Positions 55,207 through 63,376 of a stretch of DNA of 63,376 bases are shown here, one piece after another. The notes under the pieces are model-generated. The model ran no database searches, had not been told where the DNA came from, and saw only the letters and a list, made by a program, of their open reading frames with translations. Each line of letters begins with the position of its first letter. The first letter of the stretch is position 1. Made by a program: the position numbers and the translations under genes. Source of the DNA: Bacillota bacterium (GTDB taxonomy: Bacteria; Bacillota; Sulfobacillia; JAJYWN01; JAJZPE01); assembly GCA_021811325.1 (NCBI GenBank), contig JAJZPE010000004.1, positions 1 to 63,376 on the forward strand. The letters are read 5' to 3'.

Positions 55207-56856
55207 ATGACCAGGGAATCGTTCCTCCAAGGCGCGATGGTGCTGGCCCTGGCCGGGCTGGTGAGCCGGGTCCTCGGGGCCATCTACCGAATCCCGCTCT
55301 CCTGGGTCATCGGAGATGAGGGGCTCGGTCTCTACGGCATGGCCTACCCCATCTACAACATGCTCCTGACGGTCTCGACGATGGGGATTCCGCTCGCCGT
55401 CTGTAAGATGATCGCCGACCGCGTGGCCAGGGGCCGCCTGGTCGACGCCCGCCGGGTCACCCGAGTCTCCCTGGCCTTCCTGGCCCTTTCGGGGGCCCTC
55501 TTTTCGTGTGTCCTCTACCTCTCAGCCGGTTTCTTCGCCCGGTTCTACCATGAGCCGCGGGCCTACCTGTCCATCGTCGCCATCTCGCCGGCCATCTTTT
55601 TCGTCGCCATCATGTCGGCGCTACGTGGGTACTTCCAGGGGCTGCACCGGATGACCCCGACGGCCATCTCCCAGGTGGCCGAGCAGATCGTCCGGGTGAC
55701 GGCCATGGTCGTGATGGCCCTGATGCTGTTGCCAAGGGGGCTGGAGTACGCCGCCGCCGGGGCCACTTCGGGGGCCGTCGCGGGGGGACTCGCCGGGCTG
55801 ATCGTGCTGCTCGTGATGTTCTGGCGGGAGGGCGGGGCGCTCGGGCTCGAGGAAGGGCCGGCGCGACGAGCGCGCGGGGCCCACCGGCGACTGGGCACCG
55901 AACAACGGCTGGGTGACGGCTCACCGCCGGGCGGCGGGACCGGCCGCATCCTAGCCGAACTCATCGCCCTGGCCGTGCCGATCAGCGTGGCGGCGGTCAT
56001 CATGCCCCTCATGAACATGCTCGACGCGGCCATCGTCCCCATCCGGCTGCAGGCCGGCGGGGTCGCCGCGGCCCGGGCGACGGCCCTCTTCGGGCAACTC
56101 TCACAGATGGCCTTCCCGTTGGTCTTCATGCCGACCAGCGTCACCTCGGCCGTCTCACTGGCCCTCGTGCCGGCCGTCTCGGAGGCCGCGGCCCTCGGGC
56201 GATGGGACGTCATCAGGGAGCGGGCGGCCCTGGGCGTCCGGATGACGGTCATCCTGACACTGCCTTGCGTGGTCGGGTTCTACCTGCTCAGTTCGGAGAT
56301 CCCGGGCCTCCTCTTCAAGCAGCCGATGGCCGGTGTGCCCGTGGCCGCCCTGGCCTCCGGTCTCTTTTTCCTGGCCCTCCAGCAGACGGCGTCCGGCGTG
56401 TTGCAGGGTCTGGGCCGGACCGCCCTACCGGTCCGCAGCCTGGCCGTGGGGGCTCTGGTCAAGGCGGCCATCAGTTGGACTCTGACGGCCATCCCGGCCT
56501 TCGGCATCCGCGGGGCCGCCCTTGGAACGGTCGGCGGTTTCGTCGTCGCATCGGCCATCAACCTGACGTCGATGGAGAGGTTGGTCGGTTCAGTCATCGA
56601 CCTCCGCGCGACGGTCCTCAAACCGGCCGTGGCCGTCTCGGCCATGGCCCTGGCCGTCGCCGGCGCCTTCTCACTGGTGACCTCGATGACCGCCTCGACC
56701 GACCTGGCCACGGTGGCCGCCATCGCCGCCGGGGCCGTGACCTACCTGGTCGTCCTCCTGGCCATCGGAGGGATGACGGCGAGCGACCTAGAAACCATAC
56801 CCCGGGTCGGACCGGCCCTGAGCGGGTTCCTGCGGCGGTTCGGCCTCACAAGGTGA
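55207..56856 (+). CDS. SpoVB/YabM-family (MurJ-like MOP) flippase
   Basis: SFLQGA..L, R.LGAIYRIPL, RGYFQG, EQIVRV; about 14 TMs; in the yabM position. Confidence 0.88.
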   Translation: MTRESFLQGAMVLALAGLVSRVLGAIYRIPLSWVIGDEGLGLYGMAYPIYNMLLTVSTMGIPLAVCKMIADRVARGRLVDARRVTRVSLAFLALSGALFSCVLYLSAGFFARFYHEPRAYLSIVAISPAIFFVAIMSALRGYFQGLHRMTPTAISQVAEQIVRVTAMVVMALMLLPRGLEYAAAGATSGAVAGGLAGLIVLLVMFWREGGALGLEEGPARRARGAHRRLGTEQRLGDGSPPGGGTGRILAELIALAVPISVAAVIMPLMNMLDAAIVPIRLQAGGVAAARATALFGQLSQMAFPLVFMPTSVTSAVSLALVPAVSEAAALGRWDVIRERAALGVRMTVILTLPCVVGFYLLSSEIPGLLFKQPMAGVPVAALASGLFFLALQQTASGVLQGLGRTALPVRSLAVGALVKAAISWTLTAIPAFGIRGAALGTVGGFVVASAINLTSMERLVGSVIDLRATVLKPAVAVSAMALAVAGAFSLVTSMTASTDLATVAAIAAGAVTYLVVLLAIGGMTASDLETIPRVGPALSGFLRRFGLTR

Positions 56857-56873
56857 ACGGAGAGAGGCCCAAC

Positions 56874-57731
56874 ATGGCCAAAGACACTGGCAAGGGCAAG
56901 AACGACAAGAGCCGCGTCGCCGGCGAGGCCTTCGCCCGTTTCGTCGACGTCGTCCGCCGCCTGCGCGACGAGGGTGGCTGCCCCTGGGACCGGGAACAGA
57001 CCCACCGGTCGCTGAAGCCTTACTTTCTCGAAGAGACGTACGAGGCCACCGAGGCCATCGATGAAGAGGACATGGACAAGCTCCGCGAGGAGCTTGGCGA
57101 CGTCCTCCTGCAGGTCGTCCTGCACGCCGTGATCGCCGAGGAGGAAAAGGCCTTTACGCCGGCGGCCGTCGTCGACGGCATCATCGAGAAGATGATCCGC
57201 CGCCACCCGCACGTCTTCGCCGGGGTCAAGGTGGCCGACAGCGACGAAGTCCTGCGTCGCTGGGAGCGCATCAAGCGGCGGGAGAAGGGCGACGCGGAGA
57301 CGGCGGCGACGGCGCTGACCGTGGGCATCCCGCGCGAACTCCCGTCCCTCATGCGCGCCTACAAGGTCCAAGAGCGGGCGGCGAGGCGCGGCTTCACCTG
57401 GCCGACCGCGGAAGGAGCGCTGGACAAGGCCAAGGAGGAACTGGCAGAACTGGTTGCGGAATACCGGCGCGGGGACAAGGTTAGAATAGGTGAGGAAATC
57501 GGCGATCTCCTGTTTGCCGTCGTCAACCTGGCCCGGTTTGCGGGGGTGGAGCCAGAGGAGGCCCTGACGCGGACCGCGAGCAAGTTTGCCGGTCGTTTTG
57601 CGGCAATTGAGGAGGAAGCCCGAAAGGCGGGCCGCCGGGTCGAAGAACTGGAGCTCTCGGAGATGCTGAGACTCTGGGAAAAGGCCAAAGGCTACGCCGG
57701 AAGACGGGGGGATGGATTTGAACAAGACTGA
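56874..57731 (+). CDS. mazG: MazG nucleoside triphosphate pyrophosphohydrolase (no N-terminal methylase domain)
   Basis: [40 protein letters not shown]. Confidence 0.92.
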   Translation: MAKDTGKGKNDKSRVAGEAFARFVDVVRRLRDEGGCPWDREQTHRSLKPYFLEETYEATEAIDEEDMDKLREELGDVLLQVVLHAVIAEEEKAFTPAAVVDGIIEKMIRRHPHVFAGVKVADSDEVLRRWERIKRREKGDAETAATALTVGIPRELPSLMRAYKVQERAARRGFTWPTAEGALDKAKEELAELVAEYRRGDKVRIGEEIGDLLFAVVNLARFAGVEPEEALTRTASKFAGRFAAIEEEARKAGRRVEELELSEMLRLWEKAKGYAGRRGDGFEQD

Positions 57732-57996
57732 CTTGGTGAACAGCGTGGCCGAGAAAGCCGGGCTGAAAAAGCAGGACGCCGAGAAGGCCGTCAACGCGGT
57801 CTTCGAGGCCATCGAGGACGCCCTGGGGAAAGGGGACAAGGTAGCCCTGGTCGGCTTCGGGACCTTCGAGGTGAGGAAGAGGGCCGCCCGCACCGGCCGG
57901 AACCCGCAGACGGGTGAGGCCATCAACATCGGGGAGGCCAAGGTCCCGGCCTTCAAGGCAGGCAAGTCGCTGAAGGACACGGTCCAAAAGAAGTGA
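57718..57996 (+). CDS. hup: DNA-binding protein HU
   Basis: [35 protein letters not shown]. Confidence 0.96.
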   Translation: MNKTDLVNSVAEKAGLKKQDAEKAVNAVFEAIEDALGKGDKVALVGFGTFEVRKRAARTGRNPQTGEAINIGEAKVPAFKAGKSLKDTVQKK

Positions 57997-58058
57997 AGCC
58001 GAAGGATCAGGTCGAATACAGAAACGACCTGATTCTTTTTTTGATGGGGGAGACCGGA

Positions 58059-58337
58059 GTGAGGCTGGACAAGTTCCTCAAGGTGAGCCGGGTGATCAAG
58101 CGGCGGACGGTGGCCAAGCAAGCCTGCGAAGGCGGGCGGGTGACGATCAACGGCCGCACGGGCAAGGCCGGCAGCGAGGTCGCCCCGGGCGACGTGGTCA
58201 CGGTGAGTTTCGGGCAGCGCTTCCTGAAGTTCAAGGTCCTCGAGGTCCGGGAGAGCGCCCCGGCCGCTCGGGCCAAGGAGCTCTATGAGATCCTCGAGGA
58301 ACGGGGCTTCGAGAGCGAGGACGGCAGCCGGGACTAG
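58059..58337 (+). CDS. rqcP: S4-domain protein YabO/RqcP
   Basis: RLDKFLKVSRVIKRRTVAK.AC..GRV..NG. Confidence 0.88.
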   Translation: MRLDKFLKVSRVIKRRTVAKQACEGGRVTINGRTGKAGSEVAPGDVVTVSFGQRFLKFKVLEVRESAPAARAKELYEILEERGFESEDGSRD

Positions 58338-58388
58338 GCCCGACCCACGAGGCCGGCCCGCGCCCGGCGCGGGCCGACGGCCACCCTC

Positions 58389-58418
58389 GGATAGCGGCCC
58401 GGCGGCGGCAGGATACTA
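58389..58418 (+). promoter_or_regulatory. SigG-like promoter
   Basis: GGATA-18bp-GATACTA. Confidence 0.45.
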
Positions 58419-58456
58419 ACCAGGCAAGCTGCCGGGGCGTAAAAGGGGGTAACCGG

Positions 58457-59407
58457 ATGAACGGCAAGACGACCTCATCCAGACAGTGGTGGTGGGTTGC
58501 GGGGGCCCTCGTCCTGGTCGGGCTGGTCTTCGTGATCGCGAGGGCGGTCCGCGGGCCGGCCCTCAAACCGGCTCCGATGATCCAGGAGCCGACCATCTCG
58601 ATGAACTTCGACCAGACGGGGAAGAAGGAGAACCTCAAGCTCGAGGACTACCTGGCCGGGGTGGTGGCCGCGGAGATGCCCGCCAACTGGCCGGCCGAAG
58701 CCCTGAAGGCCCAGGCCATCGTGGCCCGCACCTACACGATGAAGAAGGTCGCCCAGGGCGGGGTGAAGAACCTCCACGGCACCGATGTCTGCGACAACCC
58801 CGACCACTTCCAGGCCTACGACGCCGGTAAGGTGACCGACGCCGTGAGACAGGCCGTGGCCGCCACCCGCGGCCAAGTCGCGTCATACCGCGGCGATTAC
58901 ATCCTGGCCTGGTTCCACGCCAACAGCGGGGGGCGTACCGCGACCGCCCAGGAGGGCCTGGAATGGCGCGGGGAGGCCACCCCGTACATCACTGTCGTCC
59001 GCGACGTGGCCGGCCCGGAGGGTTTCACCCCGTGGTCGGCGAGCTTCACCAAGGCCGACATCCGCTCGGCGGTGATCCGGGTCACCGGGAAAGACCCCGG
59101 CGACTTCAGCGACATCCGCTTCACCAGCAAGGGCCCGTCGGGGCGGGCGGTCACTCTGGCCATCGGCAAGGTTAGCATTTCCGGGCCGTCCCTGCGCGTC
59201 GCCCTGGGTAGCGAAAAGCTGAAGTCGACCCTGATCGACCAGATCGCCGTGTCCGGCGCCAAGGTCACCTTCACCGGCAAGGGCTTCGGTCATGGTGTCG
59301 GCATGGCTCAGGACGGAGCCAAGGCCCAGGCGACTCGAGGACGCAAGGCGGCCGACATCGTCCGCTTCTATTACCGGGGCACACAGGTCGTACAGCGCTG
59401 GCGTTAG
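58457..59407 (+). CDS. SpoIID/LytB-domain lytic transglycosylase
   Basis: N-terminal TM; LEDYL.GVV.AEM, ALKAQA..ARTY, FQAY, G.GHGVGM.Q. Confidence 0.85.
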   Translation: MNGKTTSSRQWWWVAGALVLVGLVFVIARAVRGPALKPAPMIQEPTISMNFDQTGKKENLKLEDYLAGVVAAEMPANWPAEALKAQAIVARTYTMKKVAQGGVKNLHGTDVCDNPDHFQAYDAGKVTDAVRQAVAATRGQVASYRGDYILAWFHANSGGRTATAQEGLEWRGEATPYITVVRDVAGPEGFTPWSASFTKADIRSAVIRVTGKDPGDFSDIRFTSKGPSGRAVTLAIGKVSISGPSLRVALGSEKLKSTLIDQIAVSGAKVTFTGKGFGHGVGMAQDGAKAQATRGRKAADIVRFYYRGTQVVQRWR

Positions 59408-59416
59408 TCCCTCCGG

Positions 59417-59445
59417 GTCTTAATTCCCTCCTTCCGGCATACGAT
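59417..59445 (+). promoter_or_regulatory. SigE-like promoter of yabP
   Basis: GTCTTAAT-13bp-CATACGAT; yabPQ is SigE-dependent in B. subtilis. Confidence 0.6.
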
Positions 59446-59485
59446 GGTCACCGGAGCAGAAACCGGTAAAGGAGGGAAAAGACGC

Positions 59486-59776
59486 ATGGAGGACAAGGAC
59501 CTGGAGCGGGAAGACCAGCATCTACTGACCATAGGCAACCGTGAAGCGGTCAGCGTCAACGGGGTCCTCGAGATGATAAGCTTTGACGATCAGGAGATCG
59601 TCCTCAACACGGAACTCGGCACGCTGACCCTCAAGGGTGAGGAACTCCACATCAAGACCCTCAACCTCGACGTCGGCACCCTGGACGTGGAGGGGCTGGT
59701 CAATGCGGTCAGCTACGGGCCGAAGAAAACGGCCAAGGGGAAGGGCAAGGGTTTCATCGACCGCCTCCTCCGCTGA
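59486..59776 (+). CDS. yabP: Sporulation protein YabP
   Basis: NRE...V.GV....SFD..EI.L.T..G.L...G..L.I..L motif. Confidence 0.9.
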   Translation: MEDKDLEREDQHLLTIGNREAVSVNGVLEMISFDDQEIVLNTELGTLTLKGEELHIKTLNLDVGTLDVEGLVNAVSYGPKKTAKGKGKGFIDRLLR

Positions 59777-59894
59777 CCGGTCTGGCTCGGGACCCTGGTA
59801 AAGCAGGAAGACCCTTCCGGCGGGGCGAAATAGGACGCACCGAGCTCGGCGGCCCAAGCCGGGTCCGCCATGGGCCCCAACGGGAGGAAAGCCC

Positions 59895-60797
59895 GTGCGT
59901 CTCTTCCCCACCCGTTCAATCTCACTTGCGGCCGGCCGGCGCTCACGACGCCGGCCGGTCCTGTCCTGGCTGGTCCGCGCGGTCTCGGTGGTGGGACGGG
60001 CCCTGGTCAGCGTGGTCGCCAGCCCGGCCGTGCTCCTGGGGGACCTCTTCAATCCGGAGAACCGGATCGCCCGGCGGTGGCTTCTTGGTTTCATCGTCCT
60101 GGCCAGCCTGGTCAACCTCGGCGACCTCGGGGTCGACCTGCTGGTCGACAGGCAGACCCGGGAGGCCACCGCTCTCTTGGGCGACTACTCCGCCCTGCGT
60201 GGCCAGGTCAAGCAGCTGCCGTACGCGGAAGAGATCAACTTCTACGCCGTCCGGTACGACCTCGACCCGGCCCTGGTGGCAGCGGTGGTCAAGGTCGAGA
60301 GCGATTTCGACCCGAACGCCGTCTCGCGGGCCGGGGCGAGGGGCCTGATGCAGGTCAGCCCGGCCGTCTGGCGGATGTTCAACGCCTCTTCGACCTGCGA
60401 CGGCCGGCACGCCCCGCCGGCGGTCTCAAGCGACTGCATCTTCGACCCGGGGGCCAATGTCCGCACCGGGACAGCCTACCTGCGGCAGCTCCTCGACACC
60501 TTCAAGGGCGACTTCACTCTGGCCTTTGCCGCCTACAACGCGGGGGTGAGCGCCATCCGTCCGGCGACGACCGGCGGCCCGGGCGACCGGCTGCCGCCCT
60601 TCAAAGAGACGCGGGCCTTCGTCCGCGACGTCCTCGACAACTGGGCCGGTCTGCGCCTGCTGATCCTCCGCCCGCTGCCCCTCCAAGCACTGCTCGTGCT
60701 GCAGCCGCTGCGGCGCGGGCTGCCCCTGGCCAGCCTCGGCCTGTGGGGCCTGTTCGCGGCCTGGGCGGCGGTCAAGTGGCCGCGGCAGCACTGGTAA
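59895..60797 (+). CDS. Membrane-anchored SLT-family lytic transglycosylase
   Basis: AVVKVESDF...AVS.AGA.GLMQ, N...G..YL, AAYNAG and ET..FV motifs; hydrophobic termini; start uncertain. Confidence 0.8.
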   Translation: MRLFPTRSISLAAGRRSRRRPVLSWLVRAVSVVGRALVSVVASPAVLLGDLFNPENRIARRWLLGFIVLASLVNLGDLGVDLLVDRQTREATALLGDYSALRGQVKQLPYAEEINFYAVRYDLDPALVAAVVKVESDFDPNAVSRAGARGLMQVSPAVWRMFNASSTCDGRHAPPAVSSDCIFDPGANVRTGTAYLRQLLDTFKGDFTLAFAAYNAGVSAIRPATTGGPGDRLPPFKETRAFVRDVLDNWAGLRLLILRPLPLQALLVLQPLRRGLPLASLGLWGLFAAWAAVKWPRQHW

Positions 60798-60899
60798 GAC
60801 GGGCGGCTAAGGCGGGAGCGAAGCGAATAAACCTGAACGGAGGGCGCCGCGCCGCCGCCTGGTGATTCCGGGACGGCACCGGCTCGGGAGGTAGACCTG

Positions 60900-61373
60900 T
60901 TGACCTCCGTGGACGTTCAGGTCGCTGTGCTCCTGGTGACAGTGCTCCTGGGGACCGGTGTCGGGTTCGCCTACGACCTCTACCGCGGGCTTCGGCGGGC
61001 GGCCATCCGCGGTCGGGCGGCGACGGTGGTCGGCGACGTCGTCTTCTGGGTCGTCGCCACCGTCCTGGTCTTCCGGGGGCTCTTCTTCGGCAACGGCGGC
61101 GAACTACGCCTGTACGTCTTCGCCGGCACAGCGGTCGGCCTGTACCTGTATTTCCAGCTTGCGAGCCAGACGGTCATCTGGGCGGTGACCTGGTTCTGGC
61201 GGGCCGTCTTTGCCCTTGGCCGGCTCGTGGCAAGGTTCTTTCGGACGGTCGGGCGGGGCCTCTCGGCGGCCTGGCTCTTCACCGCCGCGGTGGCGCTGAG
61301 GGCGGGGGCCGGGGCCGGCCGGACGGTGGCCCGTCCCTTCGCCCGGTTCCGCCGCCGGCCGCCCACCGAGTGA
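60900..61373 (+). CDS. yabQ: Spore cortex biosynthesis protein YabQ
   Basis: G...YD.YR, D..FW, N.GELR.Y motifs. Confidence 0.85.
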   Translation: MTSVDVQVAVLLVTVLLGTGVGFAYDLYRGLRRAAIRGRAATVVGDVVFWVVATVLVFRGLFFGNGGELRLYVFAGTAVGLYLYFQLASQTVIWAVTWFWRAVFALGRLVARFFRTVGRGLSAAWLFTAAVALRAGAGAGRTVARPFARFRRRPPTE

Positions 61374-61494
61374 CGGGAGAGTGGTGAGCGCCGGCTCACG
61401 GACACGTCGGACCCGGACGTCGCCGGCGCGGACAAGCCGCGGCCCGGACCCGGCCAGGAGTCAGAAGACCCGCGGACATGAGGAGGTCAAGCCA

Positions 61495-61815
61495 ATGTTC
61501 TTCAAGACGGCCCAAGCCAAAGCGGTCGAGATGTCGCCCGGCATGTTCCGGCGTACCCTCGGCTGGGGCGAGGCGATGATGGCGGCGCGGTTCAGCTATG
61601 TTATCGGCACGGGCGCGCCGCCCCACACCCATCCCCACGAGCAGTTCACCTACGTCCTGAGTGGCCGGTGCCGGGTCAGGATCGGCGACGAGGAGCAGGT
61701 CGTGGCGGCGGGCGAGGGCTATCTCGTGCCGGGCGGAGCGACCCATTCGCAGGAGGCGCTCGAGCCCACCGAAACCGTTGAGCTCTGGAGCCCTCCGCGG
61801 CCGGAATTCAGGTGA
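61495..61815 (+). CDS. Cupin-2 domain protein
   Basis: AGGAGG RBS; H.HPHEQ.TYVL.G and P....H motifs. Confidence 0.8.
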   Translation: MFFKTAQAKAVEMSPGMFRRTLGWGEAMMAARFSYVIGTGAPPHTHPHEQFTYVLSGRCRVRIGDEEQVVAAGEGYLVPGGATHSQEALEPTETVELWSPPRPEFR

Positions 61816-61924
61816 AGCGCGCCGCATCAAGGGTCACCAAGAGCGAATCGGACGAAGAGCGAACCGGCCGGCGAAGGCCGGTTCGCCTAGTTTCGGAGGC
61901 GACCGTGAAAACCCCGGGGCTCAA

Positions 61925-61996
61925 GGAGGAATTCTGTAAACCGCGGCGAAAAAGATGACCTGCTTACTAAAGTTGTACACAGCCTGTACATAACTT
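61925..61996 (+). promoter_or_regulatory. SigH-like promoter followed by a palindromic operator-like site
   Basis: GGAGGAATT..(AGGA-17bp-GAAA) at 61925-61951; AAGTTGTACA-CAGCC-TGTACATAACTT at 61970-61996. Confidence 0.5.
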
Positions 61997-62043
61997 GTGA
62001 ATAAGCTGTCCGAGCCGGGTGTTCCACGGAAGGAGTCAACCCC

Positions 62044-62295
62044 GTGCAGATCGAGATCCGCGGCGCCGAGCAATTGAGTTTCCGCGAACGACAGGTGGTC
62101 TCCCTGCGGGAGATGGGTCACAACAACGCTGAGGTGGCCCTGCGCCTGGGGCTGAGCCCGGCGACCGTGGCCACCCTTTACAGCCGCGCCAAGAACAAGG
62201 GTTATCAGGTGGTCATCATCCTCAACGGCGACCCGCTGAACCTCTTCGGCTCGTCCAACGGCGACGAGGAAGGGTTGGAGGAACCGAAGCAATGA
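62044..62295 (+). CDS. Small LuxR/sigma-region-4-like HTH protein
   Basis: LSFRERQVV.L..MG.NNAEVA.RLG.SPATV.T...RA. Confidence 0.75.
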   Translation: MQIEIRGAEQLSFRERQVVSLREMGHNNAEVALRLGLSPATVATLYSRAKNKGYQVVIILNGDPLNLFGSSNGDEEGLEEPKQ

Positions 62296-62330
62296 CGCGG
62301 CGCCACTGATCCGCCGTCCAGGAGGCAGCC

Positions 62331-62726
62331 ATGGCTTACCCACTCACCGACGCCGGCCGTTCGGCGGTCATCGACCTCAGGACCAGGAGACAGGCTCTCC
62401 GCCCGCGCCGGGCCAGGCCCCGGGTGAAGGTGCGATTAGGCCGCCTGTTGTTCGTGGGCTTGCTCATCTATGGGGTGTCCGTCTTCGCCGCCCAGGAGGT
62501 CCGCGTCTACCAGTTGAAGGCCCAGGAATCCAGGGTGCAGGGGGAGATTCGCCGCCTGCAACAGGAGAACCAGGCCCTCCGCGAGCAGATCACGTTGATG
62601 CACAGTGACGCGGTCATCGAGAAGGTCGCGCGCGAACAGCTCGGTCTGGTCAAAGACGGCGAGATCCCGTACTTCAACGGCGTCCCAGGCGACCCCGGCC
62701 GTCTTCGAAAAGAGCCTGGATACTAG
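62331..62726 (+). CDS. divIC: Septum formation initiator DivIC/FtsB
   Basis: TM plus coiled coil, IEKVAREQLGLVK.GE. Confidence 0.88.
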   Translation: MAYPLTDAGRSAVIDLRTRRQALRPRRARPRVKVRLGRLLFVGLLIYGVSVFAAQEVRVYQLKAQESRVQGEIRRLQQENQALREQITLMHSDAVIEKVAREQLGLVKDGEIPYFNGVPGDPGRLRKEPGY

Positions 62727-62746
62727 AGTTTCGTTGGCTTGATAGC

Positions 62747-62775
62747 TTGACACTCTCCACCCGTTCTTGTATAAT
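62747..62775 (+). promoter_or_regulatory. Consensus SigA promoter
   Basis: TTGACA-17bp-TATAAT. Confidence 0.85.
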
Positions 62776-62818
62776 TTTTAATTGCAGATGAAGATGGTGG
62801 GGAGGACCGGTTCTGGTC

Positions 62819-63217
62819 ATGCAGTTGGAGGTCGGCCAAGTTATTGAAGGAGTCGTCACCGGAATAACGCATTTCGGCGCTTTTGTGGAACTCCCGGGTG
62901 GGAAGACCGGCTTGGTGCACATTTCCGAAGTGGCGGATGCTTACGTCCGGGACATCAAGGACTACCTCAAGGAAAAAGACGTGGTCAAGGTGAAGATCCT
63001 CTCGGTCGACCCGAAAGGGAAGATTGGCCTCTCAATCAAGCAGGCCAATCCGAACCGGCCGACCGGCGGGCGCCGCCCGATGGGCCGTGAAGGGCGCATG
63101 TCTTTCGAAGACAAACTCGCCAAGTTCATGAAGGACAGTGACGAGCGCCTCAGCGACCTGCGCAAGAACGCCGACTCCAAGCGCGGCGGGCGGGGAACGG
63201 GCGGTCGGGAAGCCTGA
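62819..63217 (+). CDS. yabR: S1-domain RNA-binding protein YabR
   Basis: G.VTGIT.FGAFV.L..GKTGLVHISEVA, SFEDKL.KFMKDSDER. Confidence 0.9.
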   Translation: MQLEVGQVIEGVVTGITHFGAFVELPGGKTGLVHISEVADAYVRDIKDYLKEKDVVKVKILSVDPKGKIGLSIKQANPNRPTGGRRPMGREGRMSFEDKLAKFMKDSDERLSDLRKNADSKRGGRGTGGREA

Positions 63218-63250
63218 AGCTCCGCGGAGAATCCGTCCGGCTGAGTTGAT

Positions 63251-63288
63251 GAGGGAGGCATTCCGTGGGAATGCCTCCTCTCGTGTTT
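63251..63288 (+). terminator. Hairpin terminator after yabR
   Basis: GAGGGAGGCATTCC-GTG-GGAATGCCTCCTCTC followed by GTGTTT. Confidence 0.65.
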
Positions 63289-63376
63289 GGCACTTAACTA
63301 GATAAGGAATAGTCATCTGGGCCGAGGAAAGTGGTTGTCCTCGCCTTCCTTTTTTGTGGTATACTAGTTATGTTAC

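Noticed and set aside
63289-63376. Possible tRNA or sigma-54 promoter at the window end
   Set aside because: No cloverleaf in the window and TGGCAC lacks the -12 TTGC; only an extended -10 (TGGTATACT, 63357-63365) for a gene beyond the edge is visible

Overview
GC-rich (roughly 65-70% by eye) chromosomal segment from an apparently spore-forming anaerobic Bacillota member. The right two-thirds follows the conserved origin-proximal backbone: abrB, Met T-box, metG, tatD, yabE-like, rsmA, ykuK-like, cphBA, ispE, purR, spoVG, glmU, prs, rplY, pth, mfd, spoVT, yabM/spoVB-like, mazG, hup, rqcP, spoIID-like, yabP, yabQ, divIC, yabR. The left 24 kb holds a DUF917/DUF1177/AroM cluster and then a hydrogen-metabolism island. 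The island contains (i) a four-subunit group 3b-like [NiFe]-hydrogenase homologue that keeps all four metal-binding Cys but has lost nearly every other catalytic residue, (ii) a group D-like sensory [FeFe] protein with kinase, phosphatase and DRTGG partners, (iii) two tandem HydABC(D) [FeFe]-hydrogenase modules, one with HydB fused to a GltD-like NADPH domain and one with non-bifurcating signatures, and (iv) aspA-hydF. Two accessory inserts stand out: a cytochrome b6/subunit-IV operon with no Rieske gene, in which subunit IV is fused to a 7-heme cytochrome c, and an antisense four-gene DUF6754 membrane-protein operon between spoVG and glmU. No rRNA, tRNA, CRISPR array or intact mobile element was seen. 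All family assignments come from motif recognition by eye, not database searches, and several start codons were re-chosen from RBS position.
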